Virus record (IMG/VR): IMGVR_UViG_3300025684_000016 | Span: 1 to 64,000 of that record | DNA: 64,000 nucleotides | Strand: one strand, 5' to 3' | Origin: a virus | Part shown: one piece after another, positions 19,712 to 28,589 of the stretch | Layout of the letters: every line of letters begins with the position of its first letter | Position numbering within the stretch: the first letter of the stretch is position 1 | Program-made: the position numbers and the translations under genes | Notes under the pieces: model-generated | What the model was told of the DNA's origin: nothing | Databases searched by the model: none | What the model saw: only the letters and a program-made list of their open reading frames with translations

Positions 19712-20060
19712 ATTTTAAACTGTGTAATTCATCTAATCCTGTTCTTTCAAAAACTTCTCTCAACTCCCTCACTTTCTCATCAAACAGTTTACGTTTTTGT
19801 TCTTCCTCAAGGTTTTTAATCACGACTTCATTCGCACATTGGAATGCAGTGTCAAAACCATCTTCGTTAGCAATAGCAACAAAAGAGACTAAAACACTCT
19901 TATCGTTCTTGTCTTGTATTTTCACTTCTAATGTTTTATAGACTTGTACTATTTTTTCGTACTTCCACGTTACGGGTAGTTTTAGATCTAAACTAACGTT
20001 GCTCTTTATTTCTCTCAATGAGAAGAAATATGGTTGTAATGGTTTTATATTTTTGTACAC
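19542..20060 (-). CDS. Hypothetical protein with acidic tail
   Basis: 172-aa ORF, GTG start 2 nt after the upstream stop. Confidence 0.65.
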   Translation of the reverse strand: MYKNIKPLQPYFFSLREIKSNVSLDLKLPVTWKYEKIVQVYKTLEVKIQDKNDKSVLVSFVAIANEDGFDTAFQCANEVVIKNLEEEQKRKLFDEKVRELREVFERTGLDELHSLKFEKNDKEIENEGLSLVGEGSAEGSTTGGDTQEEDDSGTTEDEEGGYIHPTNDKEKK

Positions 20061-20062
20061 TA

Positions 20063-20242
20063 TTATATGATTATATATGTTATTATGTATGATATTGAAA
20101 TGTAAATAAACACTCTTTCATACTTATTTATTTCTAATGGGTTAGGTGTTGTTTGTAGTAGTTTAACCCCAAACTCACCAATGAATCTAAGTATATAGAC
20201 TGTACTTAGAACCAATACGAATAGTTCTATGTTATCTATCAT
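20063..20242 (-). CDS. Small two-helix membrane protein absent from the ORF track (MIDNIELFVLVLSTVYILRFIGEFGVKLLQTTPNPLEINKYERVFIYISISYIITYIII)
   Basis: Manual translation, 59 aa; exactly fills the gap between Hc1 and 19542..20060. Confidence 0.7.
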   Translation of the reverse strand: MIDNIELFVLVLSTVYILRFIGEFGVKLLQTTPNPLEINKYERVFIYISISYIITYIII

Positions 20243-20414
20243 GTGATTTAATTTCTTCTAATACTTCTTTCCTGTATACCGAAATTAGACTCTTTATCTC
20301 CTGAGCGTATTTACGAGCTCTTATGGATGCAGAACGATTTCCCTTGTCAAATACTTTATTAGTATCGACAGACATTTTCTCGACAAGATTTTTAATTTTG
20401 ATTAACGTTTCCAT
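20232..20414 (-). CDS. Histone H1-like (Hc1 family) nucleoid protein
   Basis: KGNRSASIRARKYAQEIK..YRKE resembles the KGNKAAGxRARK..xRK pattern of Bacteroidota/Chlamydia Hc1-like proteins; TTGACC-N17-TATATT promoter at 20438-20466. Confidence 0.75.
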   Translation of the reverse strand: METLIKIKNLVEKMSVDTNKVFDKGNRSASIRARKYAQEIKSLISVYRKEVLEEIKSHDR

Positions 20415-20457
20415 ACTTATATTACGTTTTTGATAGTAATATACGTAATTTTTTCTA

Positions 20458-20898
20458 TTAGGTCAAGTTCTTTTCTAATATTTTGTAGATTTCTGTTAGT
20501 ACACCTAACTCTGGTCTCGTTTTTTTGTGTTTGTAGTTAAATAACTTAAAAAGGTACTCTTTTAGATTAGTTTCTTCACCATCCATTTGTGCATGGTAGA
20601 AAGTCTCCATAAAAAAAGTCCAAAAATATTCATAGTGGATACCTCTTTCTTTAAAGACGATTCTTTCCTTTTTAAAATTGTTGATTGTTTTGTCCCAACA
20701 CCACGTAAAGTGTCCTTTTTGGTTGAGTTCCTCATCCATTACATCAACCCCCAAATAAGTCCTATCCATTAAAGTGTGGATGGAATCGAGGAAATCATAA
20801 AATAAAATGATTTTTTCTGTGGATATGTCGTAAGCACGGTACCAAACTTCAGTCTGTTTACCGTAATTCTCATTATCAATCAAATGGTTCTCATTCAT
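20458..20898 (-). CDS. Hypothetical protein
   Basis: 146-aa aromatic-rich ORF with TTGTTT-N17-TATATT upstream (20926-20954). Confidence 0.7.
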   Translation of the reverse strand: MNENHLIDNENYGKQTEVWYRAYDISTEKIILFYDFLDSIHTLMDRTYLGVDVMDEELNQKGHFTWCWDKTINNFKKERIVFKERGIHYEYFWTFFMETFYHAQMDGEETNLKEYLFKLFNYKHKKTRPELGVLTEIYKILEKNLT

Positions 20899-20958
20899 CT
20901 CTCTTATTTGTTTTCTATACTATAGAATATACACATAAAAGAGTTTAAAAACAATGGG

Positions 20959-22059
20959 TTATTGAGTCTTTTCGTTGTAAGAGAACATTTTTTTCATTTT
21001 ACTGATCTCTTCCTGTAAAACATTCCCAACCTCACTTGTTTCTTCTTTAAGTTCTTTTACTGGTTGTACATCCTTAACATACATAGGTGCCTTTTCTTTG
21101 ACCTCTTTTCTTCTTTCAGCTGTCTTGTGAAGATTCTTACCTGTTTCTGTTTCAATTGTATTTCCTCCGTCAGCATTACCCATAGTTGAATCACCCTCTA
21201 AAGATTTCTTAAGTCTTTCTTTAAATTCTTCACTTGGTTCATGATCATAATCTAAGTCTAATGGATTCTCACCTCTTGAGTTTTCCATTTCTTCATTTTC
21301 CTCTTCAGTATTATGAACTACTTTCTTATCACCTTTACCATTAGCCTTAGGGAATTCAGGATTGTCTCCACCTTCGATAGTTAATGTGTCTTTAATTTTT
21401 TTATCTACGGTTTTCATATGTTCCGCAGTTTCTTTTTTGTTCGCTTTATGTACGTCATCCACTTCTCTAACACCAGGTACATTTGACTTTGACTCTTTAA
21501 CCATTTTTGTTACCATATCAATCATTTGTGATTCTGTTAAACGTAAAACTCTTTTTCTACTTTCATTTACAGACTCTTCCTCTTCCATCGCTCCACATTC
21601 ACAAAGACCATTACCACACTTTTCACATTCGATTTCTGTAATGTCAAAATCTTCATTAGTGTCACCCTGTCTTATGTCTTCAAGATCAGACGCTTCGATT
21701 TTACCATCGTTATCAACATCTAATTTGTGTTGGTCACCATGTAACTTTTCTTCGATTGATTGGTTTTCTTTCATGTTTTCTATGTCTTTTTCTTCACCCA
21801 ACTCATCTAACCTACTGATTAGTTCTTCTTGGGATTCAAATGTTTCAACCTCAACAACATAATCTTTGTCAGGGTTATTTTTATTATATTCTTCACATTT
21901 TTGATCTGCTTCATCTTTAGATTCACAAACCTCAATATATTCACCCTCACATTTAATACAATGTGCGGTTTTTTCACCCTTACTTTCGTTAAGGATTCTA
22001 CTTTTAATCTCCTTAGAGATGGTTTCTTCGATAATTTTATCTAATTCTGAAACTTTCAT
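20959..22059 (-). CDS. Acidic protein with an EF-hand-like loop; possible head core/internal protein
   Basis: E/K-rich; DVDNDGKIEASD loop; CEKCGNGLCEC; RLTESQMIDMV helix; TATTTAT 5 nt upstream. Confidence 0.6.
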   Translation of the reverse strand: MKVSELDKIIEETISKEIKSRILNESKGEKTAHCIKCEGEYIEVCESKDEADQKCEEYNKNNPDKDYVVEVETFESQEELISRLDELGEEKDIENMKENQSIEEKLHGDQHKLDVDNDGKIEASDLEDIRQGDTNEDFDITEIECEKCGNGLCECGAMEEEESVNESRKRVLRLTESQMIDMVTKMVKESKSNVPGVREVDDVHKANKKETAEHMKTVDKKIKDTLTIEGGDNPEFPKANGKGDKKVVHNTEEENEEMENSRGENPLDLDYDHEPSEEFKERLKKSLEGDSTMGNADGGNTIETETGKNLHKTAERRKEVKEKAPMYVKDVQPVKELKEETSEVGNVLQEEISKMKKMFSYNEKTQ

Positions 22060-22060
22060 A

Positions 22061-22573
22061 TTATATAAATATACGTTTTATCTCTTTTATCACTAATTTC
22101 TCAACCTCTTTGAATGGTAATCCGTATTTTTTTGAGATTTCCTTCACCGATTCATTTAATTGGTCGTTTTCGTAAAATTCGAGGTTATTTAATCCAACAC
22201 CCTGATTACAGTAAGGAAACTTTTTACACTTCTCCTTAATTGACACATAAACACCGTCAGGTCCACCCCACATTGGGAATTTCTTTTTCCTCATGGTCTT
22301 CATTCTCTTCTTAATTGTCTTTTCACCACCGATTTTTAGTGGGTTACCACCTGACCCATCACCAAAAGGTGCATCGTACATAGCACCAGCAGATACTCCA
22401 GCAGTCATCGCTTCGGTGAACTCACCTTCCTCAACATCTTCCTCAACTTCATCTTCGTTGTACTTTTTCTTGTTGTGTACTTTATATATCTCCTTTTTAG
22501 TTACAAATCCCATAGGTGCTGAGAAGGATCCTGAAGATCCTGCCATTGTTTGTTCTGTTGATTCTTTTTTCAT
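22061..22573 (-). CDS. Hypothetical protein
   Basis: 170-aa ORF containing KCKKFPYCNQG. Confidence 0.65.
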   Translation of the reverse strand: MKKESTEQTMAGSSGSFSAPMGFVTKKEIYKVHNKKKYNEDEVEEDVEEGEFTEAMTAGVSAGAMYDAPFGDGSGGNPLKIGGEKTIKKRMKTMRKKKFPMWGGPDGVYVSIKEKCKKFPYCNQGVGLNNLEFYENDQLNESVKEISKKYGLPFKEVEKLVIKEIKRIFI

Positions 22574-22812
22574 TATCTAACGTTTTTAAGTGGTGATTCC
22601 CAAAAAGACTTACGTTGCCAAAGTTGTTTAAATAACTCCACAACCACTTTAGTTGATAATTCAACCACCTTACCGTTTATGTCTCTCGTACCCATTTCCT
22701 TTTTAATGACATCAATCACTATTTTATGTGCTTGAGTACCATCAAGGAAAGTTTTAATCTCTTTCTTGACAATTCTTTCAATATCTTTCTTATCTGTGTC
22801 TGTAAGTGCCAT
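22573..22812 (-). CDS. Hypothetical protein
   Basis: 79-aa ORF abutting both neighbours. Confidence 0.65.
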   Translation of the reverse strand: MALTDTDKKDIERIVKKEIKTFLDGTQAHKIVIDVIKKEMGTRDINGKVVELSTKVVVELFKQLWQRKSFWESPLKNVR

Positions 22813-22813
22813 G

Positions 22814-23323
22814 TTAGTCTATTCGTCTTTCAGAGATTAAGTCATTCATAGAATCAGAAAAGACATCTTCGAATTTTAAAAGTTTCTCAGTCGACTCTAA
22901 CACATCATAACTAACCTTTAACATACTCGTGTTTAAGTATGTGCCTTTATTTACACCCGCAATGATCACGAAATTTAAACCTACATCAGGTAGTACACCG
23001 TCTAACCTCACCGAACCACCCTCTATGGTGATGCCAGGTCTTAGATCACCCAAATCTGATACCTGAGTACCAAAGTTCTTTATAACGTCGGATATGACCT
23101 TCTTTTGTGGGTCCTTTAATTCTAAATCCTCTTTAGAGTCAGCAATTAACCTAACCTCAACACCGTCAACTACAATAACAGTGTCTTTCATTTGTTTTTC
23201 CTCTTCTTGTTCGTTTAAAGTTTTTACACCTCTACTCGACGACTCATTGAGTTGTCTAAGAGTATCTAACATTTTTTTTGTCTTATCGTAATTCATATGT
23301 GTATTATATTTCATTTTCCACAA
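22814..23323 (-). CDS. Hypothetical protein (true start may be a few codons downstream)
   Basis: 169-aa ORF in the same operon. Confidence 0.65.
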   Translation of the reverse strand: MWKMKYNTHMNYDKTKKMLDTLRQLNESSSRGVKTLNEQEEEKQMKDTVIVVDGVEVRLIADSKEDLELKDPQKKVISDVIKNFGTQVSDLGDLRPGITIEGGSVRLDGVLPDVGLNFVIIAGVNKGTYLNTSMLKVSYDVLESTEKLLKFEDVFSDSMNDLISERRID

Positions 23324-23909
23324 ACATTTTAAAATTGAATGATGGGTTTATATCTGTATAAATATTTGAAAAATTCGATTTACAAACAATTCCACCTAAT
23401 TTATCGATATTTTCTATAATTCCGTTAGTTGGAACTACGTGTTTTTTGATGTCATACTCCTCACAGAGGTGGTCACACAGGGAAATTAAGGTTTTTATTT
23501 GTTCAGGATTATATCGATCCCAATAAAACTTTTCTCTCCAACTCCTTATAAATGGTTCAGTTCTGTACGGATCTCCAATCCAATTTGAAAAAAACCCCGT
23601 TATTGTATTTTTATTTAACCACCCAAGATTCTCGATTGCAATCTTAATTTGCTGTCTGTCGATTTTGTCAATGTCAAAAGTCTTAGACGAATATTTTACA
23701 TCTAAGACTTTATATATGTCGCCCGACTTACTAATAATGAAGTGTGGAATATCTTCGTATTCACCATTTCTTCGAAATTTGATTTTTTTAACAAAATCAT
23801 CTATTCGTCTTTTAGTATCATATAATAGAATTTGTTTCTTCTTATACGATCTTTTAGAATGGTTTAGGTCGTCCTTATTAATTATTTCTACGTCTCGAAT
23901 TCCCAACAT
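23304..23909 (-). CDS. N-acetylmuramoyl-L-alanine amidase (Amidase_2)-like protein, apparently lacking the His ligands
   Basis: [37 protein letters not shown]; the expected His positions read LLYDT and VCKSN. Confidence 0.65.
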   Translation of the reverse strand: MLGIRDVEIINKDDLNHSKRSYKKKQILLYDTKRRIDDFVKKIKFRRNGEYEDIPHFIISKSGDIYKVLDVKYSSKTFDIDKIDRQQIKIAIENLGWLNKNTITGFFSNWIGDPYRTEPFIRSWREKFYWDRYNPEQIKTLISLCDHLCEEYDIKKHVVPTNGIIENIDKLGGIVCKSNFSNIYTDINPSFNFKMFVENEI

Positions 23910-24198
23910 TTCTTCTAATTACTTTTTGACCAACCTTCATAAAAGGTTCTAATGGAATATCCCTATTTACCGTAGGTTCCAAATACAATTCATCAACATA
24001 AATAGTTGGTGTCGGAGTTGCACTTGGAAATGGAGTACTACTTGGTGTTGGTGTAGGGTTCTCCGTTGATTGTGGAGTGGACGTTGGTCCTTCAGTTTGT
24101 GAAGGTATTGGTGTTGGGTTCTCCGTTGGAAATGGTGTTGGACTACTGAAAGGTGTTGAACTTAATGTCGGACTTGGGGTTTCGGTAGTTTCTATTAT
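23878..24198 (-). CDS. Open -1 frame (106 aa, Pro/Thr/Ser-rich) continuing 24195..25508 through an A11 slippery site
   Basis: Manual translation [30 protein letters not shown]...[12 protein letters not shown]; bounded upstream by TGA just before the A11 run; no ATG until its last 20 codons. Confidence 0.65.
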   Translation of the reverse strand: MIETTETPSPTLSSTPFSSPTPFPTENPTPIPSQTEGPTSTPQSTENPTPTPSSTPFPSATPTPTIYVDELYLEPTVNRDIPLEPFMKVGQKVIRRNVGNSRRRNN

Positions 24199-25508
24199 TT
24201 TTTTTTTTCGGGATCATCGTTTGTGATGTCCTTAGTTGTTTCGTTGATTGGTTCCTTAAAAATGAAATTAGGTTCGGGGGTTGGTGGTTCAAACCTCACC
24301 TGTGGAACTTCTTTAATTTCAACATCAACACTAAACTCAGGACCATTATTATTAGGTAACTCGTCCAACACAACATTAACCTCTTTAAGTTTTTCTGTTG
24401 GTGTTGTTATTTGACCCGTATTTAAATCCAATTCTGCCGTTTCAACCACGTCAGGTAGTTGTTCCTTATTTACCTCTCTATATTTTTCTATAGGTACACC
24501 ATTAACGTGTTGTGGTGTCTTAGACGATAAAACCAAATTATAATCCTTATCAGGTTCTGTATCAGTTGTGTATTCTATATTTTCATTGAATTGGTGTGTA
24601 GATGGTTCTATTGTTTCTGGTTCATTAACTTCAATGTCTTTGACCATATCATTTAAAACCATATCCAACGCATGATCCTCATCCCACTTATCATCTACGT
24701 CAGTTTCAGTCTGACTATCTTCATATGGAATATCATCTAAACCATCATTAATTGTAGTGTCGAAATCTTTGTAGTCTTCTTCCGTTGGTTCAGGTCCATC
24801 ATTTAACCATGATGGTGGTTCAGGTGTTTTATTTCTTTCAGTGTCGTAATAGTGTTCACTTTTAGGTTCTTCTTCATCAGAGACTTTGGTCTTGGGTTTA
24901 GATAATATCTCATTTAATTTATCCAACTCCTCTGTTGTTGGTCGATATCTTGCAATCTCACCAACTAAATCAGATGCCTGTATTGGGTCTTCTTTAGGTT
25001 CGGTACTTGATTTGTCTTTTGTTTCATTAGAAAGTGTTCTCTCTTCATTAAACTTAACTAACATGTGAAGGAAAGATAACGATATCAGTGGTAACATACC
25101 CCCCGAAAATATAGCAAGAAAACGTCTATGTGATTGTAAATTATCTTGTTCAACACCAACATATTCCAATATTGGACCTGTTAGATCAACCCATGATAAA
25201 AATTGTGCAGATGAAATATCAATGTATTCGAATGCGAAGAATATATTCCCAACAAACTGAATTATTGTTACAATACCGAATGGTACGTAAACTTTAGAAC
25301 CCATATTGACCGATATTGCCGCCAATGCAGATAACGCAGCAATTTCAATACCTATTGAAAGATATAATGCCCACGACATAGGGTTTGACATTCCATACCA
25401 CCCCGTTACGTGTGATATTGACACAATTGCAACCGTAATGATAGGAACAAGAAACGCTACGTAGATAATTGTTTTAAAATTTCTACTAAACCAATTCGTA
25501 CCCTTCAT
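24195..25508 (-). CDS. Membrane protein (about 4 N-terminal TM helices) with long acidic tail
   Basis: Hydrophobic segments in the first ~150 aa, then D/E/P-rich; ends GAA AAA AAA AAA TAA. Confidence 0.8.
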   Translation of the reverse strand: MKGTNWFSRNFKTIIYVAFLVPIITVAIVSISHVTGWYGMSNPMSWALYLSIGIEIAALSALAAISVNMGSKVYVPFGIVTIIQFVGNIFFAFEYIDISSAQFLSWVDLTGPILEYVGVEQDNLQSHRRFLAIFSGGMLPLISLSFLHMLVKFNEERTLSNETKDKSSTEPKEDPIQASDLVGEIARYRPTTEELDKLNEILSKPKTKVSDEEEPKSEHYYDTERNKTPEPPSWLNDGPEPTEEDYKDFDTTINDGLDDIPYEDSQTETDVDDKWDEDHALDMVLNDMVKDIEVNEPETIEPSTHQFNENIEYTTDTEPDKDYNLVLSSKTPQHVNGVPIEKYREVNKEQLPDVVETAELDLNTGQITTPTEKLKEVNVVLDELPNNNGPEFSVDVEIKEVPQVRFEPPTPEPNFIFKEPINETTKDITNDDPEKKK

Positions 25509-25509
25509 A

Positions 25510-25812
25510 TTATTTTTTTAATTCACTTTCTAAGGATTCAAGTTCTTTCTCGATCTGACTTTGTCTTTGTAAATCAAACATTTTTCTGTCAGTTGCCTGT
25601 ATCATTCTATGTTCACTTTTTAAACCTTCAATCTTTAATCTAAGATCAATCTCATCCTTAGTAAATGTGTGATTTTCGTTATATTCTTTTAAGTCTCTCA
25701 TTTCTTTTTTGATTGAGGACATTTCTCTACTATCACCACAACCTCTAAAGAATGTAAATATTAGTACAACAAATACAATAACGTTAAAATACTTTTCTAT
25801 AAAATTTTTCAT
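25510..25812 (-). CDS. Membrane-anchored coiled-coil protein (spanin-like?)
   Basis: N-terminal hydrophobic helix ending FFRGCG, then predicted coiled coil; TATTTAT upstream. Confidence 0.6.
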   Translation of the reverse strand: MKNFIEKYFNVIVFVVLIFTFFRGCGDSREMSSIKKEMRDLKEYNENHTFTKDEIDLRLKIEGLKSEHRMIQATDRKMFDLQRQSQIEKELESLESELKK

Positions 25813-25828
25813 AATTCTTATTTTACCT

Positions 25829-26632
25829 TTATAAATAGTTTAATAGAGTAAAACTCTCATTTCTTAATTTCTTCATCGCCTTTTCTTTCAACTGTCGAAT
25901 ACGTTCTTTGGTACAACCAAACTGTTCACCGAGATCTTCTAAATTACATTCGACACCATCCAAACCAAAGTACTTAGTTATGATGATCTTTTCCTTTTCA
26001 TTCAACAGATCCAATAACTTTCTCACCTGTTCTTTTGTTTCGTCTTGATTAATAACATACGATTCAGGACTAAACGAGTCATGATTTACGATGATATCAA
26101 TTAATTCATCACCCTCATCATTAATGGGTGTGCTTAAATTTACACATTTTGGTATTGAAAGTGTAGGGATCTCGAGAAGTTTTTCGGGATTTTCATATTC
26201 ATCAAAGAATAACTTTTTAAGTTTCTGTTGTTCTTGTATAATATTAGATGGGATACGTATTGTTCTTGAGTTATCATTTAGAGAGGACATTATTGCCTGT
26301 CTTATCCACCACACCGCATATGAAATAAATTTGATTTTCCTTTTAGGGTCAAACTGTTCTGCCGCCTTAATTAAACCTATGTTACCTTCAGAAATTAAAT
26401 CAGGTAGATCCAACCCCTGATTTTGAAAGTTTTTAGCAACTGAGATAACAAATCTCAAATTACCTAATACTAACTGCTTTAAAAGATCCTCCCTTTCTTT
26501 TGACGAAATATTTGTTTTCTGTAATCCCTTTACTATTAATGTTAATCTTTGTTTATCAGAAACAGGTAATTTTTTGATGTCTTTAAGATAGAACTGGATC
26601 TCTTCTGTGTTTAGGAAATTTGTGTTTTGCAT
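25829..26632 (-). CDS. RNA polymerase sigma-70 family factor (RpoD/SigA-like, no region 1.1)
   Basis: NLRFVISVAK, DLISEGNIGLIKAA, KFISYAVWWIRQAI, region 4 LEDLGEQFGCTKERIRQL. Confidence 0.95.
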   Translation of the reverse strand: MQNTNFLNTEEIQFYLKDIKKLPVSDKQRLTLIVKGLQKTNISSKEREDLLKQLVLGNLRFVISVAKNFQNQGLDLPDLISEGNIGLIKAAEQFDPKRKIKFISYAVWWIRQAIMSSLNDNSRTIRIPSNIIQEQQKLKKLFFDEYENPEKLLEIPTLSIPKCVNLSTPINDEGDELIDIIVNHDSFSPESYVINQDETKEQVRKLLDLLNEKEKIIITKYFGLDGVECNLEDLGEQFGCTKERIRQLKEKAMKKLRNESFTLLNYL

Positions 26633-26691
26633 GAATGAACGGGTTTTTTTATTAGGTGAACGAAATATTATACTAAAATAACGATATTTTA

Positions 26692-27132
26692 TCAGTCCTC
26701 AAAATTATCTAAGAACTTTTTTTCATCAATTGATAAACTTTCAATACCATCCTTATTTATTTTTTCAAGTAGATCATCTATATCCATAGATATAGGTTGT
26801 TTTTGGTACTCAATCCGTAGGTATTGGTCTTCTATTTTTTCGAAGATAAATTCTTTTACTTTTTGAGGTAAGTGTGCCGCAACAACATCATTAATGTCAA
26901 ACATAAAATAGAACTTAACTTCTGGTGCCTCTAAAACTTTGTGAAGTGACTCAGCAAACTTATCAGTGTCAACCTCAGTTTCTACTAAAACTATTAAGTT
27001 TTTACTATTCTCCACTAAATATTTAACTGATTTTACCATTTCGTGTTCTCCGATTACTGAAAGACAGAAGAACTCAATATCTTCCATATCATCAAATAAT
27101 CCATATAGAAAGATTGTATACGTTTTTGACAT
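26692..27132 (-). CDS. Hypothetical protein with DUF6576-like C-terminal motif
   Basis: C-terminal IDDLLEKINKDGIESLSIDEKKFL. Confidence 0.6.
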   Translation of the reverse strand: MSKTYTIFLYGLFDDMEDIEFFCLSVIGEHEMVKSVKYLVENSKNLIVLVETEVDTDKFAESLHKVLEAPEVKFYFMFDINDVVAAHLPQKVKEFIFEKIEDQYLRIEYQKQPISMDIDDLLEKINKDGIESLSIDEKKFLDNFED

Positions 27133-27834
27133 TTATTTTTTGTTTAAATTAATTTTCCAAAAGATTCCACCACCGATGTAAGGTACCACACCATCTACTC
27201 CGTTGGTTTGTACACCTAAATTTAATTGATACAATTTATCAGACTTTGTCTTTAATATAAGACCACCTGATGCCGTTGAGAATATATCTTGTTTGTTTCC
27301 ACCAAGATTAAAACCATAGTAAAGTTGTGTTTTAGGTAAATCCTTCACTATTGTTGTGTTATATATAGTAGGAACTTCAAAATTCCAAACAACGTCCCTA
27401 CTTAATACTTTATTTTGTGTTATAGTATCAGTAATAACCCCAAAACCTAATGTTGGATTTGGTTTAGTACCAATCGAATCTATTGTGATTTCAGGTGCAA
27501 ACTCATAAGTTAACCTTAAGGTATCTTTAGTTACAAACTTAGAATAATAGTCCTTAATAATTTGTAGAGAGTCAACGTGTGTTGGTATTTTAACTATCTT
27601 CTCAACAACCCTGTCAACGTATTTAGGTACGTATGTAGGTACTTCAACACGTTTTTCAACAAAAACAGTATCAATGGTTTTATCCACCAATTCATACTTT
27701 TTACCATCCACCTTAACGATTTCTTTAGTTCCTTGTGGTGTATCACCACATCCCCTTAAGAGGAGGAATATAATAAGTCCGACAATGATTATTGTCTTTA
27801 TATCGAGTTTAAAAAAATTGTTAGATAGTCCCAT
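27133..27834 (-). CDS. Envelope protein / putative lipoprotein with C-terminal amphipathic beta-strands (spanin-like?)
   Basis: Hydrophobic N-helix ending LLRGCG; C-terminal YYGFNLGG..YQLNLG..YIGGGIFWKI; TATTTAT 5 nt upstream. Confidence 0.6.
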   Translation of the reverse strand: MGLSNNFFKLDIKTIIIVGLIIFLLLRGCGDTPQGTKEIVKVDGKKYELVDKTIDTVFVEKRVEVPTYVPKYVDRVVEKIVKIPTHVDSLQIIKDYYSKFVTKDTLRLTYEFAPEITIDSIGTKPNPTLGFGVITDTITQNKVLSRDVVWNFEVPTIYNTTIVKDLPKTQLYYGFNLGGNKQDIFSTASGGLILKTKSDKLYQLNLGVQTNGVDGVVPYIGGGIFWKINLNKK

Positions 27835-27848
27835 AACTTATAAATACA

Positions 27849-28523
27849 TTATTTTTTTTTATTAACAATGTCGTCAATAATTCCATACTTAAGTGCTTCA
27901 GTTGAAGATAACCACAAATCTCTTTTTGAGTCATTCTTTACTGTCTCAGCTGGTTTACTACAATATTCACCAAGTAGATCAAACAGTTGATCATTCAATT
28001 TCTTCCACTCAACCATGTCGATTTCCGCGTCTTGTATGTTACCACTAAAACCACCACTCGATTGGTGTAACATAGTTCTTGAGAACCTTAGAGAACTTCT
28101 TTTCCCTTTAGTTCCCGCACCTAATAGTATCGAACCCATTGATGCTGCCATACCTGTGTTGACGGTACGAATATCTGAGACCACATAGTCCATTATATCC
28201 ACCATAGATAAACCTGACTTAACAGATCCACCGGGTGAGTCAATATGCATTGTGATATCATTATTATCAATACTATCAAGGAACATTAATTGTGCTTGAA
28301 CTATTGTTGACATCTGATCATTAACAGGTCCTGCAACCCAAATAATCCTTTCCATCATTAGTCTTGAGAAGACATCCATTGCAGTTACGTTGAGTTGTCT
28401 CTCCTCAAGAATGTAAGGTGTTAGGTTGTTTTCAATTTGTTTATTATAGTAATGTAAGTCTAAAGAACTTATTTTGTGGTCTTTAGCATACAGATCAAAG
28501 TTTTTGAATTCTTTTGATATCAT
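27849..28523 (-). CDS. clpP: ATP-dependent Clp protease proteolytic subunit
   Basis: DVFSRLMMERII, IDSPGGSV, GMAASMGS (catalytic Ser), MLHQ (His), RDLWLS..EALKYGIID. Confidence 0.95.
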   Translation of the reverse strand: MISKEFKNFDLYAKDHKISSLDLHYYNKQIENNLTPYILEERQLNVTAMDVFSRLMMERIIWVAGPVNDQMSTIVQAQLMFLDSIDNNDITMHIDSPGGSVKSGLSMVDIMDYVVSDIRTVNTGMAASMGSILLGAGTKGKRSSLRFSRTMLHQSSGGFSGNIQDAEIDMVEWKKLNDQLFDLLGEYCSKPAETVKNDSKRDLWLSSTEALKYGIIDDIVNKKK

Positions 28524-28540
28524 AATTAATTTATTTGTTT

Positions 28541-28571
28541 CAAAGTTAAAATAATAATTCTATTATACAAG
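28541..28571 (-). promoter_or_regulatory. Bacteroidota-type -33/-7 promoter (CTTG-N19-TAACTTTG) upstream of clpP
   Basis: Exact TAnnTTTG at 28541-28548, with TTG 19 nt upstream. Confidence 0.6.
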
Positions 28572-28589
28572 TATTTTTTTAAGATTTTT

